Positions 12,783 to 24,400 of a stretch of DNA of 64,000 nt are shown piece by piece. Origin of the DNA: Auanema rhodensis (Eukaryota; Animalia; Nematoda); assembly GCA_964057225.1 (NCBI GenBank), contig OZ059897.1, positions 14,260,001-14,324,000 on the forward strand, read 5' to 3'. The position numbers were made by a program, and so were the translations under genes. The notes beneath the pieces are model-generated. The model saw only the letters and a program-made list of their open reading frames with translations. It had not been told where the DNA came from and ran no database searches. The number at the start of each line of letters is the position of its first letter. Position 1 is the stretch's first letter.

Positions 12783-13392
12783 TATCAGCTCAGGCAAAAC
12801 CACCTATAAAAATTATACTAAAAACAGGCATCAGTAGTTTAATTTAAAATAAGAAAGAGAAATGTTTATATTGTTTCATAAAACATGGAATGGCATTAAC
12901 GAACGAAAATATTGAAATAACTTTTTCGGCTTCCTCATGTTACTCATATATATAAATCTCTTGGGTATAAAAAATACAAGCTATTCATGGAAGAATGCTT
13001 GCCAACTATTGAAAAATTATTTATATAATATATAATGTTATATAAAAATAATAGAAATAGAAAGTAGATTAATAATAATAATAACAAATAAAATAAAAAG
13101 AAGATTTCCTACTGGCTCTTCTAAAATCAATTTAAATCTTCAAAGTCTATAATATTATTGAATAGTTAAAAATAGCGTGCCATTTTAGAATAATATACAA
13201 ATCAATAAATGTCCAGCGGCCAGCTTCTCGCATGGTTTACCAGCAGCTTATGAGGCACCAACCTCATATAAGCTGGTGGGTGATGCTTTGTCTATTGGCA
13301 ACCAAAGGGGACAACAACAGAACAGATGGCTTCATAATTGAGAAATCAATACCATACTTAGAGAAACAATATTGGAATGATTTATGGAAGAT

Positions 13393-13585
13393 GGTATTGG
13401 ATCTAATCCAAAAGAATCAAAGTAATACATATTTTCTTTGTTTTTAGAATAACAAACCCAATGAGTACCTTTATTATTAGAAGAATCTAGATTGAAAATT
13501 CCTACTTTTCTTTCTTTAATCTTAAAAGGTAAAGTATCTCTCATAAAGACTCCTCTAAAATCCTTGATTCCCAGTATTTTTTTTA
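13393..13585 (-). mobile_element. Truncated adenain-type cysteine protease fragment, Maverick/Polinton (adintovirus-like) remnant
   Basis: Intronless reading KKILGIKDFRGVFMRDTLPFKIKERKVGIFNLDSSNNKGTHWVCYSKNKENMYYFDSFGLDP. It carries the FRGVFMRD, NLD-x5-GTHWV and YFDSFG motifs typical of Polinton/adenovirus maturation proteases. The downstream catalytic Cys motif is not present. Confidence 0.85.
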
Positions 13586-13722
13586 TTTTTTATCTTCAGA
13601 GATAATACCACTTTCTTTCTAAAACTGACATCCTTCGACATCCATCGATTTTCTAAAAAGTGTGAAAATGACACATTTTGAGTATTTAAGCATAAAAATA
13701 GAAATTAAAAAATCAAATCGAC

Positions 13723-13803
13723 ACCTCAACAAAAAATTATTGAAAATGAGCACTTTTTAAGACTTTTAAAATTCACTCATTTCATATTTTTTGTAAATGA
13801 GGT
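13723..13803. repeat. Imperfect ~80-bp inverted repeat (MITE-like)
   Basis: ACCTCA-ACAAAAAAT-..TGAAAATGAG pairs with CTCATTTCA-ATTTTTTGT-..TGAGGT, with an inner TTTTAAGA/TTTTAAAA pairing. Confidence 0.45.
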
Positions 13804-14453
13804 AATTCTCTGTCATCAGAGAAAGAAAATATGTTAAAATGATTGAAAAGTCGAAAATGGTATTGTAATCCCTCATTCCTATACTACTAAAAACCAAATA
13901 AGATGAAACTCATAGAAGTATTCTAGTTGAAATTCATTCTCAAGTTTTTGATTTTTTAATAAGAAATACATCGTTTTTGTCAGTCATTCAAAAAATAAGT
14001 AAGCATACATCACACTCTGATGGTATCATCCAGTGAATACTGATTTCCTGAGCGTTACTATAGGATTGATTTTATCAAAAAATTTTAATATACTACGATT
14101 TTTTTCTCAAAAAATTGTTTTCAATTTTTCAATGTGCAACTTTGCTTTTCCACTAATTTTGAAAATTAAATAAACTAATTAGTTAACAAATTAATATATT
14201 TAATTCCTCTTATTTATTTATAGTATTTTTCTACTCAATAGCCTTAGTTTTCTTGCTTTCATAGCCCCAGTTTGACCTGATCCTAGGTTGCTGCATTCAG
14301 TGGGAGTGGCTAGTTACAGTATTTTCGATCAAACGCTAAATATTCAAAAAATGCTTTTTATGTTTGTGTCTCTAATGGTAATTATACTGATACTTTTTTG
14401 TTTTTTTTCTAATTATTGAATGAAGTCGTATTAATTATATTTTCATAGACAGG

Positions 14454-16838
14454 ATGTCTATTATTCGATCAAAATATACTACAAAGGACGAAATTGATAT
14501 GTGGAGTTTTGTCAAATAGTAAGGCAAGGTTTTAAATTTTGTATATATCGTTTTCTAGTTTGATCAGAAAAGGAGAAGCTCATGCTTTAAAAGGAAATGG
14601 TGTATGGGATCTATATATCACCAAGACTGGATCAACTCGAACCACATCCAGTCTTACATCACAGTAAGTTTTTAATATTTTTCAGTTATATGCAATGCTT
14701 TATAGTTTTCGAAAAAAAATGCTTGATCGTCTAGCTGAAGCTGAGATATCTTTGCAGGACATATTGTTTATTCATAATCGTATACCTTTGAATTATTTTA
14801 ATACAGCTAGGTAGGCTTCTACTATTTTTAAAAGTAACTGTTGTTCATTTAGATTTGAGGCAAGATGTAAAGAAGAAGATAAACTCGAGCTTCTTGGAAA
14901 GTTAAAAAAACGGAATTACTCTGGTAATTTTTTTCTAAATATGTACTAATAGTTATTCGTTTTAGTTAAAGGAAACGTATCTTCTGATGATATATTTGTG
15001 AGCCCTCCTCCTCCTACAACCTTCGAATCTCCTGTTGAGATTAGAGCTCGATCTCGTGCAAGAAAACATTCTATTTTAAATCTAACAGGTAAGTACTCTT
15101 CATAAATAATCTAACATGTTTAACATTTTAAGAAATTGTGAATGATGTTATTGATGATCAAAGGCTAGAAACATTTAAAGCTAATCCTCGAAATATAAAT
15201 TTGGTTTGTTTTATTAAATTAATTCATTTGACTTTTTTTTTACAGAGATCTCAACCGAGTAGAAAAGCAAAAAAACAATCAACAGATGTTATTGAAATTA
15301 GAAAATCATGTAGACTGAACAAAACTACTAGCCCTGGTTAGCACGCGTTTTTTAAAAAATAGGCATAATCATTAATTTAGATGTTTGTAATGTAGAAGAT
15401 AATAATGAAAATCACCCTAGCACTTCTAATGAACAAAGCAATACCCCAAGGAAAGCAGTACAAATCCAACATAAACGTGCAGTTCCTTTAGGTATGTATC
15501 AGTCCTTTTGAGTTTTCTTATTTAGTACTTTAGTGCGAGAAAACAGAAAAAATGAATCTGTTGTAGCAATTAGTGAGGAAGGTAATTAATATTCTTAATG
15601 TAGATTTCAAAATTAGTAATTTAGACATATCTGATGGAAATGTCATGGAATCTGATCCGATCTATTTAGATGATCATCCAAATGGTTTAGGAAGTTATCA
15701 CAAATATATTCTATGTTCAATGATTTTAGAAAATTCACCCTCAAATAGATTAAGACAACAAAGCTTATTAAAGACGAAAATGACTTCACCCCGTTCAGTT
15801 GTCAAAGGTTTGATGCTTTATTGTATTGTTTGTTATTTGTTATTTTTCTGTATAGAAGAAACTGTTTTAACACCTGATCTAGTTAATTTGGATTCAGCGT
15901 CTACTGTACAAATCATATCAGGAGAAGAGGGTTATATTTTCTCTCTTTGTATCATTTTTTAAACTTCCTTTTTCAGTTGGTACAGAGGAAAATAATGACT
16001 CTGATCCAATATCATTAGATGGTCAACCTCTTTTAAGTTCTCCTAGACGCAGTCCAGTTGCTCAGAATCAACTTAAAGACCCGAATAATAGTAAATATTG
16101 TTCATGAAATAGGAAAATAACAATGATTCTTTTAGGCGAAAATTATTTACCATCCAATGGAACTATATCTGATATAAACACAGTTATAATTGAACATATA
16201 TATATTTTTTAAGCATATTTTTCAGATAAAGCAGGATTGTATTAACAACCTACTGTCAACTGTTACTCCGGACGCTTTAGATTTAGTACCTCTATCACCT
16301 TTGCTACATGAAGAAGTTGAAATAATATCGTCTAATACCTCTTCATACGATGAACTTCATTTCGCTTTGAAGGAATTCGAATCTACCTTTGAGTTCTTAA
16401 CACGGAAACTGTCTTTAGACAGCATGTTGCCGAAATTTGAGCCTATTGACGTCATAAAAGCGTATGCATTTTTAATTTTTTTCTTTTTATTTCTGATATT
16501 TCAGGGATTTTATGAAATGCTCGACTCTGCATACTGTTTTAAACACGGTTAGATTAAATTTTAAAAAATTTTTGTAAAAGTCTGTAAATTCAGTGTGTAA
16601 CACTCGAAGATCGATTACTGCAAATGGATGAAATACGTTCTATCATTCAGCATTTACCATCACTTCAATTAATTAAAATGAAGCATAGTCTGATTCATAT
16701 GGAAGCTCGTATAGCAACACTAGCTTCATATGGAAAGGTTTTGTTGTTTCAGTATTTTTATTATTATTATTATTTTAATTTTAGGATTTGTACTATGCTT
16801 CTATGAATGAGTTGAAAAATCACTTAAGCGCTTTATGA
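14454..16838 (+). CDS. Protein with N-terminal Rap1-type Myb/homeodomain-like (SPK/TEBP-MCD-like) domain and long low-complexity S/P-rich body, multi-exon
   Basis: Exons 1-3 splice in phase to MSIIRSKYTTKDEIDMWSFVKYLIRKGEAHALKGNGVWDLYITKTGSTRTTSSLTSHFRKKMLDRL. The middle exons are rich in SP/TP and basic patches. A helical C-terminus ends DLYYASMNELKNHLSAL*. Confidence 0.72.
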
Positions 16839-18414
16839 TGTTCACTACAAATTACATTTAGTGTCCTTTTTTGACTATTGTAAAAATGTTTATGCTGAAA
16901 AAGCAATATTAATAATCTCTCGTAAATTCTCTTCAAATCTTTGTGCTATGTTTATAAAAAAATTAATAATTTCAAAGCAGAGAGAAGGCAAAATTTCCCA
17001 TTTTATATTTTCTGCTAATTTTGTCATATCGTTTTAGAAACCGCTTTAAGCTTTTAAATATAATTTACTATTGTTGTAGTTTTCTGTAATTATAATATTT
17101 TCATAATAACATTACATGGTTTTCCTGTATATTGTTTTTTGAAAAACATCCTCATTGTATTATATCTGTTTTCTCTTTTTTCTTTAAAATTGTGGACTTC
17201 CATAAACAATATAAAGAACATATGTCATTGTCGAAATGAACATGATCTAGAGCTTATTAATTTTTTTATAAATTTAAATGTGTACTAGTACTAAAACTAT
17301 TGCACTCAGTCATGGGCTCCGCCATTTTCCTGACGGGCTGTTTGCTATAGGGTCGACCGGATAGGCTGAGGTACGTTTTACTTGACAACCAGTATTACTT
17401 ACCTCTAGCCTCATCCATATTCTCATAAATGCCTCTCATTGACAGAAATTGGTAGTCATATGTAGCGTGTTGATGGAAAATACTCCAGAAAAAGAGACGC
17501 GTGAGTGTAGTAACTCTAAAACTGCATACATCGTGTATACCTTATGTTGTCTATCATTTTTTTAATTTATTGTCAAGTATTCAACATTTTCTAGCCAGAT
17601 GAGGTTAGGTCAGCAGCAATCATTATACAACTGAAGCACTAAGATTCGACACTTGTCGCCTTTATTTACGTATGATATTGAATGTATTTCACACATTCAT
17701 GTATTAATATAAGCTTTAGTCTTGTTTCTCATATATCTATCTATCGAAATATATATATATATCCATATATGCATATACATCGGCAACGTCAATACCACAT
17801 TGTCTATTACCTTGTCTTGTTCTTTTGCCACCCTGCTCGTTGTCTACATCAGTTTCAAGCTAATGCTGATAGCCAGAGTTACTGCACGCTCAATGAGTAG
17901 TCGCAGAATCTCTCAGTGTGACGGTTAACTTTCAACAAGACAGAGAAACAGAGAAAGTGAACTGGAACTCCGCTCACCCTTCATCACGCTCTTTTTTCTC
18001 CCCTTTTCAGCTCAAAGTCAGTTGGTATTGCCATAAAGAGCTGCGGGAATAGCTTTCATGCTCGTCCGGTCTCAGCAGCAGGCTCCTCCTGTTCCTCTTC
18101 TTTTTGGCTCATTTAGTGAAGCACGAAAAAATCCAATAACCTGAGCTCAGTTGTCTCGCTTTTCTTTATAATTCTTGCTGTTTTGCTCTGGATTCGTAAC
18201 AGTTTAGCATAGTATTTGCTGAAACAAAGAAAGGTTCAGGTTATTTGACGGCTGTACATACTGTATATTCATGATTTTAAGATAGAATGAAATAGCTATT
18301 CACTTCAATGTATATATTTGACTAAGACAATTAATATAATTTCTTTTTTCTTCGTAGTTATTATCTTAAAATCAATATGCAATGAATTGTTTTCAGTATA
18401 CTTAAAGTGTACAC

Positions 18415-21400
18415 ATGACTGTTATGACATCATCCAAAAGTTGGGCTGATGAAAGCTTAATGCATACAACATCATCAAAGTCATGTTACTCATTCTGGTT
18501 CATATATTGTTGTTGTTGTGGACGGCATAGACCTGCTCGGAAAAAATTCAAAGAGGTTGGTTTATGCAAAAGTATAGTGAATTCAGAATAACTCAGTAGG
18601 CATCAAGGAATTATATTTTAATAATTTTCATATTGTAGTGAAAGTAAAAAATAGCGGGAGTAAGAAATGGATGACAAGTTTTGAAGCTAGTTTAAATGGC
18701 GTCTAGCCAGGAAACGATAGTTGCAATTGAGAGGGTACAGCATGCCGGCGCGGGGTCAGGGGTCTCAGGAGAAAGAATGAGTGAAGACCAAGACTAAAGG
18801 GTGGGCGAAGAACTGGGTTGTGCCAGCTGTGACAGAAATAGACGTGCATCTATACTAATCTCCGGCAATTAGTCATAATGCCACTTTCAATCTACGGTTA
18901 AGTTAGGAATTATAGATATTGGGACAAAGTACCCTCTCTCTCTCTGGTTATGAAAAACCAAACTTGAATTCTTCTTCTTGTAGCACAAGCACAGCAATTC
19001 GACAAACCAAAATAATGTATTTGGTTTGCTCGTAAATGTATCTCGTAAGCTTTTCGGAATCGCTAACTAGCAACCTTTTCAGGGAACACCGTATAAGGTT
19101 ATATTCTCAGAGTGGGAGGTCCTGCAGTGTTGAGCACAGCTTGTGGCCTCTTTTGGTAGCTAATTCATTGTTACTCACTTTCGTTTATGAGGTCGGAAAT
19201 ATAAGATTCAGAAGCCTTTTCTTCATTTGAATGAGATTTTATTTGATATAAATTATGCTTATAAGCTAAATATCCGAATTGGAAATTCTTTGCAAAATTC
19301 TTTCTGCTCGTAGCCTTCCATTTGGACTTTTCTCTGGGCATCCTAATGCACGTATTAACTTTCATGAAATAAATTATTTTAATTAGATCAGACTAAACAT
19401 CATATGTGCATGAAATATTTAAGTAAAGGATGGAAGTTGATTTTTCATTCAAACGGCTTCTTCGAGTAGAGAGGTTAGAAGAGTAGGTCATCAACGAAGG
19501 ACCTCATTATTCTCCTCATTCTCTTATATCCCCCACCACATCCGCTCTTTATCTCTCATTTTCAATATAAGGCGTAGATTCGCCGTCGATTTATAGATGA
19601 GAGAGCTTCCTTGGTTTGGATGACAGTGAGGGGTGGTAGCCTCCCTCTAAGTCTAGGGAGCCCAGCGTCCAGCTAGCATCGTTGATGCATTGCTTGAGAG
19701 GGTCTATATGTGTGTATGCGGATGTACATCCGTCCCTCTTGGATCTTTCTCTTCACCACTTGGAAGAAAGAGCTCTGGTTCTCTGACAATGACTAGCTGT
19801 TTCCTTACTCGGAAACCAAGCGTCCGTATGGCTGTTCGAAATTATTCGATCATTCGTTCTATCGTCCATTCAGCTTCATCTCTCATACGCACACAAATCA
19901 GCACGCAACGTCTACATGACAAGAACCTTTTTCAAAGTAACTTATGCTGCATCATACTTAGATGCAGTCTGTGGTCTTACTCCTATGGTTATTGCTGCCG
20001 GCTATTCCATCTTCTACTGCTGCTTCTCCTCCTACCCGCCGCCTTTGTTCACCATTTCCATCCGCTTAGTCCTGAAGTCGTCATCCCAGCCATCGACTAG
20101 TTGTATGTAAGAGTTGAAGCATTAGATACATGTAAAGAGGGCCGGCCGAGAAGAGTGAAGAAAGAGAGACTAGATGCCAGAGTGCAGTCGATGCGCAGCT
20201 TGAAAGGTAATCGATATGCAGCAACTGAAGCGGGCCAGCCCCAGGGCTCTCTTAGCTTCATGCCACCCTTCAACCAGCTTGCTTCTGCGTACACTTGCCA
20301 TCCATGACGTTACCGCGGTCATTCATTCCTACAACCATGAGTATAATTCGTATTCTTTTAAACGTTTCTAATTAGCTTCTAATAATATTTTTTATTCAAT
20401 TTCTTGTTTTTAACTATTATTCTTTTTAAGAAATCTTACATTCATTAATTAGAAAAAAAAGATCTTAATCTAACGTGGTAAACTATACTTTGTTTAATTT
20501 CTTTTCTATTTTCTTGATTTCTACTTTTTTCTTTAAAATATCTGTCATTACCTTGAAATATGATGTATTCACTAGAATATTATATAATTAATATACATTT
20601 TAATTAATTCTAATCAATTTATAGGCTGATCCTCCTGACTGTATGAGTGTTCAACCCCCACCTGGTGTGTTACTTTGTTTCTTTTTTGCTCTTCTATCAA
20701 ATATTTAAATTGTTGAACTTTTGAACCAATTTTAGTAATTGAACTTAATTAAATTGATTTCGAAATGGTAAAACTTTGAAAAAATATTTTATTTTAATAA
20801 ATTAGTCTAGAAAACTATTATTGCAAGATAATATTAATTATTATTATCAAAAATTAATTATATTTTAAATTTTTAAATAAATTTATTTTATTTTATTAAG
20901 GTGGTGGGCGGTTATCGGATGATATATATAGGAAAATCCGGTAAGTACTTTTAAATATTAATTTATAATATTATCATTCTTAATTTTTATTGTTTATCGA
21001 ATATTTAATATATTGTTTTTTTGTATTTTAGTGCCGTAGATCAGGGTACAAGTACACTTACTCAAGCTGGTTTACAAGGCTTAAGTGCACGAATACTTGA
21101 TAAGTAAGTTAATTCACGTTAATTTATTTTTATTTTTCTATTAATTTTCTAAATTCTGTCATTTATTTATATGAAATGATCAGATGGCAAAGCGTAGGAT
21201 CATGCTGATGTAAGATTATATGACATTTCGGTTTCTTATGATGTTGCTTTATGACCATAATCATCCGAAAATCTATTACTCATGTATTATAAAGCTCAGC
21301 TAATTACCAAATTCCAATTGTATATGCGTGAATGATTTGGTCTCTAAGATATGGGGTTATATATAGATTTTTCAATAATTTTAATGTCTTTGGATCTTGA

Positions 21401-24400
21401 GAGCAAGCTTTATCTCTATTTATTTCAGATCTGAGTTTCGATCACAAACGAACCCTGGAGAGATCTATGTGGTTCAGCTGGTTGAAATCATCAAGAAACC
21501 GGGACAGTCTCTTGGCTTATACCTTCGAGAGGGTAATGGAATCGATAAAGGAAATGGAGTATTTGCCAGTAGATTTGGGGATAATTCTGAATTAGAAAAG
21601 TACGTTTCTTATGATTTGATCTATATTATCAGAGTTTGGCTTATTTCATTTACTATAATATGAATATAGTTATAGTATTCACTTTTTGGTGATATTTTTC
21701 TATTTCCTATTAATGAAAGAGCGTTTATCTTCCTTTAGATATGGTGATGTCATTCGGCCTGGTGACGAGATCCTCTCGATTAACAACGTAGAAGTGTCAA
21801 CGATGTCGATTGATGATGTCGTTCTAATTTTGAGTATACCGAGAAGACTTCTGCTCAGGATTCGGTAAGTAGTTTAGAATGTTTATTCTCTAAAAGGCTA
21901 TTCTTTTACTTTCTTCCTCACTTTCTCTCTCTTTCCTCTCTCTACTTTCTATATCCATCTCTTATTCCCTCTCTCTTCTGTCTTCCATCTTCTTCTACTC
22001 TCTGTTCATGTCCGGAAAAAGCTATGGTCGTATTTGGTTAGGCCATTCGAAAGAAAGAATTTTGAACTCTGCAGATGAATACGCTTTAAAATCTCTTTCA
22101 ATTCTTATAATTTCATTTTAAGATACAACAAGAATAGGCGAGATCAACAAGCATGGACATCTAACCGCCCGTCTATATCCGATCGACCCGTTGTAGTTTT
22201 TCATAAGGTTTGTTCTTACAGGTTGTTCTCAGTTGTTCGTTTCTTCTACTTATAACTATGACTGTTTTAAAATGTTTTAAAATATCTAAATTCTAAATTC
22301 ATATTTTGTTTTGACTTAGCCTTCGCTGCTATTGCTACCATTCCCCATCGAAAATTACCCAAAAAAAGACTATTTCAAAAACTATTTTTTTCAGTTAGAG
22401 GAGCGTAATGATTCACAATCTGCTAATAGTTCTTTGCTAGCACAGCCAATGAACACGGCGAATACATGGTTGGGAAAGAAAGCTCGACAACAACAACAGC
22501 AGGTAGGCAAGGTTTTCATTTATCTTTTAAAAGAAAATAATGCAAGTTCGTATAATCTCGCTAAATTCTGCTTAAATGCGTCTTCGAAATTATTCGTTAT
22601 CCTCTATTTTCTTGTTATTTTACATTTTTGTTCACTCTGAAACAAATAATTTTGATTTTTTTGTGAATTTGTAATGCGAAATGAATACAACCGTTCTTTT
22701 CAAATATTATAAAGCATTTAGTTATGTTTGCGTGATAATGCGTTAACTAATTCACGTACACGTAACAAAGAAATTTAATTTTTATTCAAATTAGATTAGG
22801 TTTGGTGCTAACCATTTAAGTCATGTAATATTCTCATATTACTAATGTCTATTTGCTATGTGTCTGAAATAACATTTGTGAACCATGTATAACAGAAATT
22901 CAGAGATTGAAGATGGTTCGACGGATGATAAAGCCAATTCTTCTTTGTCATATTTCTGTTTTGCTGTTGTCAGTTGTACATCAATTTGATTGCGTTCCGT
23001 GTTCAGTTCTTGTTAGAACGCTCAGAAGCATGATATCCAAATAATGTGTCAAGCTGGTACTCAAGCTTGATGAGTGAAGACAACATTTTACTTTCAAACG
23101 AAATATATACACATACATATTATATTTATGGATATATAGATATTTATTTATTACATATAATATACCTATAAATATATTTATTTATAATATATAGTATATA
23201 TATATATATATACTATATATACTATATATATGTATATGTATAATATTATATTTATACATGTACATGTATGTATATATAAACCCTGTTTATGCATATATAC
23301 ATAGATATCTAGATAGGCATATAAAGAGATTGGGGAAAAGAAGAGGAAGAATGAAGAGACGGGAGATGTTGATTGTGCTTTCCTAGTTAGTCAGCTTCGA
23401 ATCTTTCATTTCCAATAAAGCTAGATGCTGCAGACAGCTCTCTAAATATTGGAAAAGAGACAAAGTATGAACGAAACACAAGAAATTTTGCAGTTCATCG
23501 ACAATTCTTCCTTCATTCCGTCCATTCCTTTTGAATATTTTTTCTGGATGACTGCTTTTATACAATTTTTTATATATGTAGGAGGATAAATCAATTTTAT
23601 AACTTGATTTGGCTATTTTTTCTAATCTTTCACATTGTTATCAAGTCAGTGAGATCAATATTAAAATATCTCTTTTGATATTTTGAATTATATAGATTAG
23701 AAGATTTTTTCAAGTCTAAGTTAACTTTCTTTAGAAAACTAAAATATACATATATGAATACAACTGAAAAGATAATAATAAAAGCTGAATCTTTTCTAAT
23801 TAATAGTTAATGAGGTTGCAATTTAGAAAGATTACGAATTTCTTAATGAAAAATAAAATCAAAGAGCTGTTTTTTTGATTTTTTTCTTCGATTTAATGGA
23901 TTTATGTTGAAGCAATTGCTGAAAATTCTATAAAGAGTGTGAGAAGAGCTGTGTTACAAGCAATTCCACATGAATCTTGATGTATGAAGAAGAAAATTTT
24001 CTATTTACTCTCTCATTATTTTCTCCGATTTCCTAGCTTGATGTCCCATAAAATATTTTACTCCTTTCAAAGCATCAATGATGTGTTTGTTTGTTTTCTT
24101 AGAATGTTTTCAATTTTCCCAAACATTTTACTCTTTGTATATAAAACTGATTTTTTTCACAGGAGATGTCTTCATCGCGCATGGGTCCCACTATCATTCC
24201 TGCAGCTCCAGCTCGTACGGTTGGCTCATATCAACCAAGAATGTTAAATGGCAATGTCAATCAAACAATGAATCCTAGGTAAACCGGTAAATCTGATTAT
24301 TTGAATATTTTGTTTTTTAGAATTGAGAACAACTATGATTCATTTGATACTATTGCTCGAACTGCACGTGTACCACCTCCAAAGATATATTCATCATCAA

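Noticed and set aside
14262-14320. Hairpin TAGCC/GGCTA followed by ACA, like an H/ACA snoRNA
   Set aside because: No symmetric pseudouridylation pocket, H box or second hairpin could be built.
17682-17928. ORFs of 68-72 aa upstream of syd-1
   Set aside because: Largely derived from TA-rich low-complexity sequence, with no motif or splice support.
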